From an uncultured Desulfospira sp. (lineage in GTDB: Bacteria; Desulfobacterota; Desulfobacteria; Desulfobacterales; Desulfobacteraceae): a DNA stretch of 64,000 bases. A program made the translations under genes and the position numbers. Below are positions 1-10,500 of this stretch, one piece after another. The notes beneath the pieces are model-generated. The model did no database searches. It had not been told where the DNA came from and worked only from the letters and a program-made list of their open reading frames with translations. Location: contig OY760175.1 in NCBI GenBank assembly GCA_963663165.1, positions 4,288,001 through 4,352,000 on the forward strand, in the 5' to 3' direction. Each line of letters begins with the position of its first letter. Position 1 is the stretch's first letter.

Positions 1-1147
1 TTTCTACAATGGATAAAATTTTTTCTAACAAGCTTTGAATATCGTTTGGATGATTAGAATCTTCTGGTAATATTCCGCAATGCTCCCAAAACGGCTTGCT
101 GTTGTATGGCACCATCCCTGGACTAAGAAATGGCAATGAATCAAAAGGTTCAGGCTCTTTGGGTATAGAGCGTTTGCCAATAGCAAGACTAATATCGAAA
201 CGCCCAAAGGCGACTCCAAAAGCCCAACTGATCAATTCTAAAATCTGATCTTCGTCTAAAGAGGACTCGTTTTTATCCTTTTTCTCGTTTTGATCATTTA
301 AAACAACATTTTTGTTTTTCAGCAAAAGTTTTAAATCTGTTTCGGGGAAATTATATAATTCAATAGCTAATTCATCGATTTCTTTTTGTATGGTATCTAT
401 TTCAAGCTCAATTTCATCGAAATTATACGTAGTGTACTTCAAAAAAAGATAGCGAGGGAGGGTAAAAGCGTGCGATGTCTCAGAAATAGAGTCAAGTCGA
501 TATTTTAATAACCAAATTCGACTTGACATACTAGCTAATTTAAATTTTATATCATCTTTAATTGGAGGCCATGGCATTCGCTGTAAGACCCCAACGATGA
601 ATTCTGGGAATTCAAACCGCCCAAGAGCAACTTTAAAAATATAGTCAAAAACTTTGCTATTAAATATAGATAACGTTGATAATTCCTCCCCTTCAGGAAG
701 AAAAGCACAATATCCGCGGGCAGAAAAACTACCTCCTTTTGACAAAATGTGAGGAGAAAAAGAACGAGCCCTAAGTGGCCATGTTAAACCTACCTTCCCA
801 AAAAACTGATTTCCATCAAGCCTTGTCCCTGGAATAATTTTCGTTTCATAGCCAGCTCTTAATTCTTTACCATTATTTAACCAATTTAAAAGCAGTTGTT
901 GGTCAGAATAATAAGGAGAGTGGCTTCCTCCTTTAGCAAATGGAAGCCATCCGTCATCCAGCTTTATCTCCCACCAAGTGCGTAAAAATCTTTCATCGTT
1001 TCCTGTCGTTAATCCATGTTTTACAAAGCGGCCATTCAATTCAAATTTTTCATTTTTTTTAAAAATGTTATGCAAAAGTTTGCTTGTCCAATACGCAAAT
1101 GGTATTCCAGGGATACATGAAAACGAATTTGGCTCTACCAAAAAGAC
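1..1147 (-). pseudogene. pglX: pglX fragment 3 (target-recognition and C-terminal region, runs off window)
   Basis: Manual translation is open from 1147 to the edge: VFLVEPNSFSCIPGIPFAYW...TGNDERFLR.WWE...WLPFAKGG...SWAFGVAFGRFD...SPGM; absent from the ORF track, presumably because no stop lies in the window. Confidence 0.88.
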
Positions 1148-1181
1148 CTATGACCACAAAATTCAGTTGGATTTTGTAGAA

Positions 1182-3005
1182 TCATGAACATTTCTCCAAA
1201 GCCAGTTGAATTTTTTCCGGCAGATTATCCATTATTATCAATTTCCTAAAGCCCGGCAGTACCCGGTCGGTATGAGAAATTGAAGAAATAGGTTCATATC
1301 CGTCGATTTCGAGGTCCGCGAACAGTTCTTCAAGATTTTTCTTCCCATTCAGAAGCAAGTGCATATACTCAGGATTTCCCAAATTTTTTATCAGGGGCGT
1401 GTCAGCCAGCATTGCATGCAAAATCCGCCGCATTGAGTTGTTACCGGTTTTTCTTCGATGATCACGGCGCAGCCCCCGAAAAAATTGTTCCAACAGGTTG
1501 TTGGTGCGCTGAGGATAGATGGTTATTTTTCCGGACGGAGTGTCGACCTCAATGGGATCTGCAAACAGTCGTTCATCGTATTTATCGATCTGTTTAGCCA
1601 ACTTTTGACAAAGCAGATCTCTTTTGTACTTGGTGTTTTTATCAAGTCTCGAACGGAATCGGCCTACGGCTTTTTGGATACTGTTCATGGATTTGTTCGA
1701 TCCATCATCATTCAAGCCGTTCCGTCCGGAAGGATCTGCAATACGCATTTTTCTCCGGAGGTCATCAAAAAGCAGGGTCCGCCATTCAAGATCATCAATA
1801 GATCGAATGAAATCGGGATCATTACAGATATTTTTGGCCAGGTTATTGAGCTTGCCAAATAACCGTTCTCCAACTTTGTCCCGGGGGACCTTTTTTTGAA
1901 TGGAGGGTAGAGAATCTTTCAATTGCGCAATTCTGCGGGCAAAGGCCAGAAGTGGTCGATCAAACGGGAACCCATATCCGTTTCCTTCTTTTTTACCCTG
2001 TAGGCACCACAGGCACAGAGAATAGATCGAAGCCGAAGATGTCTGATCCATAGTTTCTAACGTATGTCCTTCTGTAATGGCAGCTGTCAGGTGCTCCGCA
2101 TCAAGAGCATGGTTATCAATCCGTTGGTGAAGATCGCGGATAATTTCACCCAGCCTGGTGGTGGCGGCATGTTTTTGCAGGGTTTTTCTTAATTGACCGT
2201 AAGAGGGTTCGAGCAGATCCTTTCCAGCATCCCGCAGAAAATGAAAATGGCAGACAAAGTCTCGGGTACCAGGAAAAACCAGGGACACTGCTTTACAGAT
2301 ACCAGTCCCCATGTCATGGACACAGGCAATGGGGGGGCCGTAGTTTCTTTGCAGTTGCTCAAGGAAAGGTACGATATGGTCGGTATGTTCGCTGGGGATT
2401 TTTACATTGCCCAGTACAATCTGCTTCAGACCGTCCATCCCGGTCATCAGAACTGGAGCATCTCCTTCATGGGTGGCATCCAGGTGCAATATGTATCCGC
2501 CGCTGCGGTTCATGGCCTGTTCAATGCGAGGGGTGGCCTGCTGGTGCGCCAATGCGAGGTAGAGAATGAATTTGCGTCCAAGGTATTCGACTTCTGAAGG
2601 GCTCAAATCAATATTTTTGAGCATAAGTTCAAGGCAGACCTCATCAGTTGTCAGACAGCGATGGTAAAGACTTTTACCGACAAAGACAAGGACATCCCAT
2701 GCCACATTACAATATCTGGCAACGATGTTCCGCAAATCTTTCGAACGGTAAACTTTTCGGCATGTCCGGCAGTGGTACAGGGTCTCATGGGCTTTAAAAG
2801 GACCGCTCATGGTAAACACGGTTTTTCGTCTGGTTTTCTGGACAAAAAGAGTCCTGCCGCAAGAACAACGATTCTCTTTGGGCCGAAACCTGACGTCCGG
2901 GGGATTCGGGAACAATGCCCCCGGCAGTGTATCGTGGTAAAGCCGGGTTAAATTCCGGCTGAGCGCGAGCCAGGCCTTGGCTCCGGAATTCAGGCCTTTT
3001 TTTTT
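1182..3005 (-). CDS. IS OrfB transposase (DDE), probably expressed by -1 recoding from OrfA
   Basis: CSCG..CRTC zinc ribbon, LHLDATHE, VHDMG, CHFHFLRD (CxxH), NNLLEQFF; in the -1 frame relative to OrfA. Confidence 0.8.
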   Translation of the reverse strand, partial: KKKGLNSGAKAWLALSRNLTRLYHDTLPGALFPNPPDVRFRPKENRCSCGRTLFVQKTRRKTVFTMSGPFKAHETLYHCRTCRKVYRSKDLRNIVARYCNVAWDVLVFVGKSLYHRCLTTDEVCLELMLKNIDLSPSEVEYLGRKFILYLALAHQQATPRIEQAMNRSGGYILHLDATHEGDAPVLMTGMDGLKQIVLGNVKIPSEHTDHIVPFLEQLQRNYGPPIACVHDMGTGICKAVSLVFPGTRDFVCHFHFLRDAGKDLLEPSYGQLRKTLQKHAATTRLGEIIRDLHQRIDNHALDAEHLTAAITEGHTLETMDQTSSASIYSLCLWCLQGKKEGNGYGFPFDRPLLAFARRIAQLKDSLPSIQKKVPRDKVGERLFGKLNNLAKNICNDPDFIRSIDDLEWRTLLFDDLRRKMRIADPSGRNGLNDDGSNKSMNSIQKAVGRFRSRLDKNTKYKRDLLCQKLAKQIDKYDERLFADPIEVDTPSGKITIYPQRTNNLLEQFFRGLRRDHRRKTGNNSMRRILHAMLADTPLIKNLGNPEYMHLLLNGKKNLEELFADLEIDGYEPISSISHTDRVLPGFRKLIIMDNLPEKIQLALEKCS

Positions 3006-3631
3006 ATCCCGTGTGTATCGAAAAGCGTTTGAATCTGATCTGTGTTGATCCGCACTCCTGTTTTTTGAAAAACAGATTTGGCCAACTGTTTCAAATCCAA
3101 ACCGGGTTTCTGGATAAATACCACGAGGATCTGTACAGCCAACTCCGCCGGCAGGGGTGTATATTCCGTTTGAAGGGCTTTTTCCTGAACATCGGCTTTG
3201 ACAGGATCGATGGCCAGGTACACATAGGAACTGCCGTGCTTTTGTCTTTGCAGCTGCCCCTTGCGGTATAATTGAACCAGAACGGCATGGCAGCGGCACC
3301 GAAGCAACTGCCCCAGTTGATCGGCTGTCATCCCCGATGTGCTTTTCTCGACCAGATTCACCAGCGTATGGGTAAGCGGGCCATGTCTTGAAAAACCGAT
3401 ATCCCGGTAAAACCAAAGACCCTTGCTGCTGAAACGGGGTATCGAGGCCAGGGTGTACCATTTCCCATTGTGGGAAAAACTGCTGAAGTAACCGGTTTTG
3501 GCCAGGAATCGCCGAACTGAAGGGATGGAGTAGTTCATTCGCTCGGCCAGTGGTTGGATCATCCAGCATTTGTTTTCCTGAAAGGCTGAAATCAGCTTCA
3601 GGTCTGGTGTTTTGTCCATATGTACCAGCAC
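2990..3631 (-). CDS. IS OrfA, putative HTH DNA-binding protein
   Basis: 213 aa with AGGAGG RBS and HTH-like segments (LAERMNYSIPSVRRFL; ADQLGQLL); ends at an A9G run. Confidence 0.75.
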   Translation of the reverse strand: MLVHMDKTPDLKLISAFQENKCWMIQPLAERMNYSIPSVRRFLAKTGYFSSFSHNGKWYTLASIPRFSSKGLWFYRDIGFSRHGPLTHTLVNLVEKSTSGMTADQLGQLLRCRCHAVLVQLYRKGQLQRQKHGSSYVYLAIDPVKADVQEKALQTEYTPLPAELAVQILVVFIQKPGLDLKQLAKSVFQKTGVRINTDQIQTLFDTHGIKKKA

Positions 3632-3903
3632 CTCCTGATAAAGTATTGCAAATATACTCAGAACTAACCAAATATATGCAATACTTTATCAAAAGCGGGC
3701 TGACATTACAAGCCTTGATTTGAATTTTTACTAGCAAGTAATATAACCCAGGATCCTTTATTTTCGGGTCTTTTACAATTTTTTGTTTTTTATGGGTCAA
3801 ATTAAGAATGAGAAAAAATGTCATAAAAAAATGATCAAGTATGGCATTTTTTGGCTTGTAACCGATTGACATTATTGAATCCAACCGTTATTTGTGATCA
3901 TAG

Positions 3904-5724
3904 AAAAAGACATTATTATTTTTATTACCTTCGCAAAACGCATCACAAAATTTTTGTAACTTACTCTCTTTATTTTTATTTTCTAACAATCTAAAAAAAA
4001 TAGATTCTTCAATATTTTTTATAATAACGCGTTGTTTGCTTATTACATACGCAGCAGCTTCCACCATGGCATCATCCATTACACCATACCCCAAGTCCGC
4101 CATAACTTCGGGCTTCCCGATTCCCAACACAACCGCTTCGCGCCATTTCTGAAAACTGGAGAGAAAAAAGCAAGTTCGCGAGGTGATAGCTCCGATACGG
4201 CCGCAAGGATAAAGCAGAGCCAAACCGCGCTCCACAAAAAGCGCCAATAAATCATTTTTGCTGTTGGGATATGCCTTTGTCATTTGCTGTTTGCTTTTTA
4301 AGGCCATTGCTCCAAAGGGAGGATTCATCAACACAACATCAAACCGTTTCCGGCAAAGATCAATAAAAGCAAAACCCTTGGCGGCATCTTGAACAAAAAG
4401 CCGCTTTTGTCCATTGTCAGACTCGGCCTGGTCTGCATATTTTTTTAGCGTATCAAGGATTTGTTTTTCAGCAGTATCCCAGAAGTTGGAGTGGTCAGTG
4501 GTCAGTGGCCGGTGGCCAGTGGGTTCAAATCCCGGGAGGTTTAATTGCAGGGATTTTTGGTATTCTTTTTTTGCTTTTTTAATAGCGGTTTGAATTTCTT
4601 CCTCTATCTTTAGAAGGGTCCCGGCCTCCCCGGCCAGTTCCATTTTATCGAAAATGGTTTCAACCAGTTGCCCCAACACCGGAGGATGCAGCGTTGATGT
4701 GAACTCTTTAAGTATTTCCCTATCCCCTGGCATGGGTTCGGCGCAGACAATGTTGGACTTTTTAATCCCGGGGCGCTCATTGGGTTTCACACCCATCTGA
4801 TGCCAGGCCCGGTGTGCCCGCTGCCAGAGGGAAAGCCCTGCAATTTGAACGGCTCTTGGGTCAATATCCACGCCGTGGATGTTATGCTCAATGATCAGTT
4901 TGGGGATGGCTTTCTGGAATTCCTCAAAATCTGCAAACGAATCCTGCAACGGCTTGAGTTCTTTTGACCGTTCCAATTCATCGGATCCCAGCTCCGTTTC
5001 AAGTTGCCATGCTTCGTCATAAATCTTTTCAAAAAGGTCAAAGGCATAGAGCCCGAAGTGCATAGACCCGCAGGCAGGATCAAGCATTCGGATATTCCTG
5101 GGATCTTTGAGCGCCCTGAATGGAATGTATACTTCCTGCTTGAGCAGCTCTTCCTGGGACAGGCTTTCACTCTCTTCTGGGTTCGTATCCGGAGCTTGTT
5201 CTCCCTTTGCCAAAAAAATTTCATTGGGCCTGCGGACCAGGTATTGGCAGGAGTCCACAAGGCCAGTTTTCCCCTGGGTCATTTCATACCAGATCCGGCC
5301 CAGGGTGTTGTCCGTGAGGAACTCCACCACATAGCGGGGGGTAAAAAACTGGTTGCGCACCGCCAATTCCCGGCTGTTTCGCGGGGCCTGGGATTCGGCC
5401 CGCATTTTTTTACGTTCTTCCTGGGAGTTGAAATACTGATAGATCCAGCCAATGGTCTCATCTTCGGCCCAGAGGTGCTCAATCTCAAAATGGTTGATTT
5501 GGTCCAGCAGGGCCAGCAATGCGGATTCCCGGGGAAAGAGCCGTCCCTGGACGCTGTACCGGTCAAAGAGTACGGAAAGATCCAGGCTGAATTCATCAAA
5601 CAGGCTGAACAGATACTGGCGGTAGGTATCTCCGGTAACGGTTTGCTCGGTCTTGCCCAGGGCAGTGCCGGCCAGGTTTTTATACAGCTGAAATCCTTTT
5701 GAACTATACCCTTTGGATATGGAT
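3904..5724 (-). pseudogene. pglX: pglX fragment 2 (adenine methyltransferase core)
   Basis: Frame continues SISKGYSSKGFQLY...; contains QFFTPRYVV, SAM-binding DPACGSMHF and catalytic NPPF motifs; bounded by the two IS elements. Confidence 0.92.
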
Positions 5725-5813
5725 TATAATGGACCCCAGAATTCGAACCAGTTGCTAAGCTACACGTGAAGTGATAAAAGCCCGGTTCGAATTTGTACCG
5801 AAAAAGGAGGTCT

Positions 5814-6095
5814 ATGAGAAAAAATTACACTGGAAAATTCAAAGCGAAAGTTGTTGTAGATGTGATTCGTGAAAATGAAACGGTTTCTGAGCTGGCGACC
5901 AAGTACGAAATTCACAGAACCTTATTAACCAGGTGGAAAAATGAGGCACTGGAAGGACTACCGGATCTTTTTTCATCAGCCAAACAGAAAAAGGAAAATG
6001 ACAATCAGAATTTGATAGACGAGTTATATAAGAAAATCGGTCAGCTCGAAATCGAGAATGACTGGTTAAAAAAAAAGGTTGACACAATCGGTTGA
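5814..6095 (+). CDS. IS3 OrfA (HTH)
   Basis: AAGGAGG RBS; MRKNYTGKFKAKVV...ELATKYEIH..LLTRWK; LYKKIGQL.IENDWLKKK. Confidence 0.9.
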   Translation: MRKNYTGKFKAKVVVDVIRENETVSELATKYEIHRTLLTRWKNEALEGLPDLFSSAKQKKENDNQNLIDELYKKIGQLEIENDWLKKKVDTIG

Positions 6096-6915
6096 TGACC
6101 GAAAAAGCCTGATAGAGCAAAATCACCCAAGCATAAGTATTAACAGGCAATGTGAGCTGCTTCAAGTTTCGAAAGGGGCACTGTATTACAGGCCGAGACC
6201 GATAGATCCATACACTCTTATCCTGATGGATCTGATTGATAAACAGCACACGCAGATACCTTTTTATGGAAGTCGAAGGCTGACAGCCTTTTTGAACAGT
6301 AGCGGTCATCTGGTCAACAGAAAGCGGGTGCAGCGCCTAATGCGGCTTATGCGGATCGAGGCCCTTTATCCCAAACCCAAAATAACCAGGAGGAATGAAA
6401 ATCATAAGATTTATCCATATCTGTTGAAAGGGGTCGCAATCATGAAGCCTGACCAGGTATGGAGTACCGACATTACGTATATCCGAATCGGCAATGGATT
6501 TATGTACTTATCAGCGGTGATAGATTGGTTTAGCAGGTATGTCCTTTCGTGGCGGCTCAGCAATACCCTTGAAAATACCTTTTGTATTGAAGCGCTTGAG
6601 GAAGCATTGATTGTATCAACGCCTGAAATTTTCAACACTGATCAGGGCAGTCAGTTCACTTCATTGAAATTTTTGAAAATACTGCAAGCCAGGAATATCA
6701 AAATCAGTATGGATTCAAGGGGTAGAGCCCTGGACAATGTCTTTGTGGAACGACTGTGGAGAACCATCAAATATGAGGAAGTATATTTAAAGGATTACCG
6801 AACAGTAAAGGAGGCCCAGGAGTCGTTGAAAGCATTTATTAAATTTTATAATCAGGAGAGACTTCATCAGGCCCTGGGATATAGGGTGCCGCTGTCAGTC
6901 TATCGAGCAGCTTAA
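6070..6915 (+). CDS. IS3 OrfB (rve integrase-like DDE domain)
   Basis: WSTDITY, FNTDQGSQF, DNVFVERLWRTIKYE motifs; in the +1 frame relative to OrfA across the A9 run. Confidence 0.92.
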   Translation, partial: KKRLTQSVDDRKSLIEQNHPSISINRQCELLQVSKGALYYRPRPIDPYTLILMDLIDKQHTQIPFYGSRRLTAFLNSSGHLVNRKRVQRLMRLMRIEALYPKPKITRRNENHKIYPYLLKGVAIMKPDQVWSTDITYIRIGNGFMYLSAVIDWFSRYVLSWRLSNTLENTFCIEALEEALIVSTPEIFNTDQGSQFTSLKFLKILQARNIKISMDSRGRALDNVFVERLWRTIKYEEVYLKDYRTVKEAQESLKAFIKFYNQERLHQALGYRVPLSVYRAA

Positions 6916-7225
6916 ATCTTGCCTCCGGCGGCCCTACGGGGTTATTTATTCCGCGCTAAGGCGCGGGGATTTAACGCTTTAAGGACAAAAACATGGGAAA
7001 AGGGCAGCATACAGTTGATTGCATACTGCCCCCATGTCTTCGTCACCAGCCACGGCGCTCGGGTTGCTTCCCAGCATTGCCCTATCCTCCGGACCGGCGG
7101 CGGGATAGTAACATGATCGTATGAAATGGCAAGAACAATCTGGCAAGGATGGGTACCGGGAAGATATCCCAGAAAAATGTAGCTTAAAAAATATCAAAAT
7201 CGGTCTTGACATAGGGTCCACTTCA

Positions 7226-7575
7226 GATTCAATGAGAAAGCCCCGGGATTCGGCCATGCGAAGGGCACCCAGGCGGTTGAGGACCGTGAATGCCTGTTCC
7301 CGGATAATGCGGTTCAGGGCCTGGCAGGTCCGCTCCTTCTGGGATTTACCCTGGATGGTTGTAAGATAATGGGCCAGGGTTTCCCGCAGCAGCAGGGCGG
7401 TCTGTTTGCCCTGGTTATCCAGGAAGGTCAGGGTTTCAAGATCAGCAATGGTCCCGGTTTTGGGGTCCATGCCATAGGTGGACTGCAGTTGGCGGGTAAA
7501 CTCCTCGGTTAAAACGGCCCGGGATTCAGACACAAATTTCTGCAGACGGGTGCGGGTGGTTTGATCAAAGGCCAT
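7226..7575 (-). pseudogene. pglX: pglX fragment 1 (N-terminus, cut by IS3-family element)
   Basis: ATG at 7575 right after the brxC stop; MAFDQTTR...REQAFTVLNRLGALRMAESRGFLIE; joins fragment 2 in frame when the IS and one GAT copy are removed. Confidence 0.88.
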
Positions 7576-7576
7576 G

Positions 7577-10500
7577 TCAGATGTCCTTGTTCGCTTCAAG
7601 ATTCAGGGTCAGTTCAAATTCATGGGCGTATTGCAGCTCACCGCGAATCTGTTGCAGCCTTTGTATCAGCTCATCCAGGTCGTTTAAGTCTGTGATTTTA
7701 GCTTTGGGTTGCAGGCTGCGGGAGATCTTCTTTTTACCCTCTTTTTTTGCTTTGTCCTGCTCTTGTTTAAGCTTTTCCTGCAGGCGCTCCCGGCCTTTTT
7801 TCTCCACCCGGTTTTTACAATCCTGAAGTTTGCCTTGAATGGTATATTCCTGGCTGACCAGGTTTCTAAGACCCACAACGTCCTCACAGACTTCGGTACT
7901 CAGGGATTCAAGATCGGCCAGCATATAATCCTGTTCCTGCCCGGTCAGTTCTTTCCACTCCGGGATACGGTTCAGATCCTTTTCAGCCTCTTTGATGCGG
8001 TTTTTCTGTTCATCCCCCATGGCGATCACTGCATCCCGGACCCGGGCCTTAAGACGGGTCAGGGTTGTGGCGTATTCAGTGCTGTGTTTAAAAAAATCAG
8101 GGGTTTCCAGGCGCTCCTTGAGCTGTCCCAACTCATCGGTAAGCTCGGTTTTTAAAACCCCTGGCGTACCGCTGTCAGGCAGGGCATTAATTTCTCTCCT
8201 GTGCTGCTGCAACGCTTTAAGTGTATCTTCCAGACCATGATCCAGGGCCTGCTTTAATTCAGAAGCCCATTTGAGATTGGCGTAAAGCTGTGAATCCTCC
8301 CCGCCCAGGCGCTGGGGCGCGTCCGAGGCGTCGGTAAACAGCACATCCTTGATGTCCTGGCTTAGGCTTAAAAGCTTGTCTGATCCCGGAAGATCAAGGG
8401 ATTTTAATTTTTCAGCCAAGGGACCGTAAGCATGCTGCAGTTGTGGGAACAGTTTTATGGTGGCCTTGCTGATATCATCTTCTAAGGGCACCACCATGTC
8501 CCCGCTAAGCTCTGTCAGGCGCTTGGCCGCCTTTGCCAGGATTTCCATGCTCGGGCGTTCATCCCGCAAAGAGATTCCCACGGATTTAAAGCTGTTATTG
8601 GTTTTCAGGGCATCAATGGCATGCTGCCCCTTTACCGTTACTTCCCGTCCCGCCACTTTGAGTTTGATCTCTCCTGCCACCAGCATGGCCGCCACAAGAT
8701 AGCGTAAAGTGTCCTGGGACCAGCCAAAGGGCGCGCCGGTGAAAATTTCAATGAGCCGTTTTCCTTCTATGGCTCCCTGGCGTTCAATCATGTCCCGGAT
8801 GCTTGTCACAGCCTTATGGGCGGTATTGATGGAGGGTCGCCCGCCCTGGGTCTGCACCAGCCCCAAGGGATCGGTCTGGGTGGTGACCCCGGTGAGGTTG
8901 CTTAGGCGCAGGAATTTTTCGGCCAGATCAGTTCCACTTCTGTAAGGGGCTTCGGCATACCGGTCAAACACCTGCTCTGCCACCCCGGATAAGTGTTTGC
9001 GGCAGGCCTCGATCAGCTCGCTGTGAATGCTTTCCACCGCAGAAAGCTCTCCTTTAAAGATAAAAGAGCCCTGGAGCAGACTGCGCTTAATGATCCGTTC
9101 CAGATCCAGCATCAGTCGGTTGGCCCGGTCAGCCTGGCCGTTGCAGTACTCTTTGACCTCCTGGTCCGGTTCGCTGCGGTATTTGCTGACAATTTCCCGG
9201 CTGCGGTGGATCTCGTTGATCAGTTCTTCCATTTCAGGAGTGGATTTGCCCACAAGAAAGATATGGTGTTTGGCTGAGTTGTGCCGGCTTTCATCGGTCA
9301 GGCGGATTTTGGTGGTATCATACGCGTTGGGTTCCACAATCTCGATAAAGGTCTGGATGGTATTCCTGTCTCCTGCAATGGATACGGGCAAACCGGATGA
9401 TGCAAGGGCTTTAAGCCCGGTTTGCACGGACAGACTGCCGGCCAGCTGTGTGCTGGGAAGCGGAGAAAAGATCTCTTTTAATGCCTCGTTTTGAATCCGT
9501 CTAAGCTCAACCGGCCGTAAGGGGATGGTGGCACGTTCCTGTTCGATATCATTGAGTCGTTCACTGAAAAAGCAAAGCTGCCCGTCCTGTTCACCAAACG
9601 GTACAATGGGATCTTTGATGAGATCCTCGATGGCGGCCTTGACCTGTTCCAGGGACGAGGTGTCACTGACCTCCGGATGCATCAGGCCTGTGACGTTTTC
9701 AACTAAGACAGGTAAATTGCCCAGGATCTGGAGTACACAAACGGTTTTGGCAATGTTCTGGTGAATGACGGAGTCGTGGAACCGGTTATTGACCACCTTG
9801 CCCACAGATTGATGGTATGAAGGGAAAGCTCTTCGGATATCCTTTTCAAGGGTGTCGTAGATGGTTACTGTCGTGGCGATCCAGCCCACCGGTTGATCGG
9901 CAACGGGCGGGTGGCCGTCAGCTCCCTCCACAAGTATATCCTGGATTACTTTAATGGCTGAACGAAGCCCGATGCCTCCGGTGCTTTTTGCCAGCGCCCC
10001 TAAAAGGTGCAGCAGGATATCAAAATGGGCCGGTAAAAAGGGATAAAGATCTATAAAGGTTTTCCTGTCAAAATCAGCGCCGTATACCCTGGCATCCACA
10101 AGCTTGGTATTATGGCGCAGCATCTGCCCGTGTTTGTCAAACAGCTCTCCTAACTCTTTTTCACCGGCCGGAGATTTGCCTAACAGGCGGCTGTAGCAGA
10201 TCTCTTTGATGTCATTGGCCTCCAGGTCAATCTGAATGGGAAACCGGTCTTTGAGTTTATACAGCTCCGATGAATTCAAAGAGGCGTTGGGGTCATCCTC
10301 GGTTAATGTCTGCTGGGCGGTTCCAATAATCCATACCTTGCCGTTACCGATATTTTTTAAGTTTTTGGCAAGACCGTCCAGATTGAGGATCAGGTTCTTT
10401 CTTGAGCCGACATACTGGCCGACTTCATCAATGATAAAAATGATGTGTTCTTTGCCGGTGGCCTGCCTGGCAATTTCAAGCATTTCGTCCACACGGTCAT

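Larger units (their letters stand above)
1148..3903 (-). mobile_element. 2756-bp insertion sequence, two ORFs, Mutator/IS256/ISL3-like DDE transposase
   Basis: Imperfect ~26-bp terminal inverted repeats CTATGA(C/T)CACAAA...GTTGGATT; 8-bp target duplication AAAAAGAC at 1140-1147 and 3904-3911. Confidence 0.92.
5725..7225 (+). mobile_element. IS3-family insertion sequence (1501 bp)
   Basis: Ends TATAATGGACCCC / AGGGTCCACTTCA form imperfect inverted repeats; 3-bp duplication GAT at 5722-5724 and 7226-7228; orfA/orfB layout. Confidence 0.93.

Noticed and set aside
1182..3884. 900-aa ORF as a single gene
   Set aside because: The first ~290 aa overlap OrfA in another frame, begin inside the terminal repeat region and look non-protein-like; only the part after the A9 run resembles a transposase.
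3888..5519. 543-aa ORF as a standalone methyltransferase
   Set aside because: It is the middle fragment of pglX; its start is internal and its stop comes from the IS end.
6979..7599. 206-aa ORF as an independent gene
   Set aside because: It is the pglX N-terminus reading into the IS3 right end.
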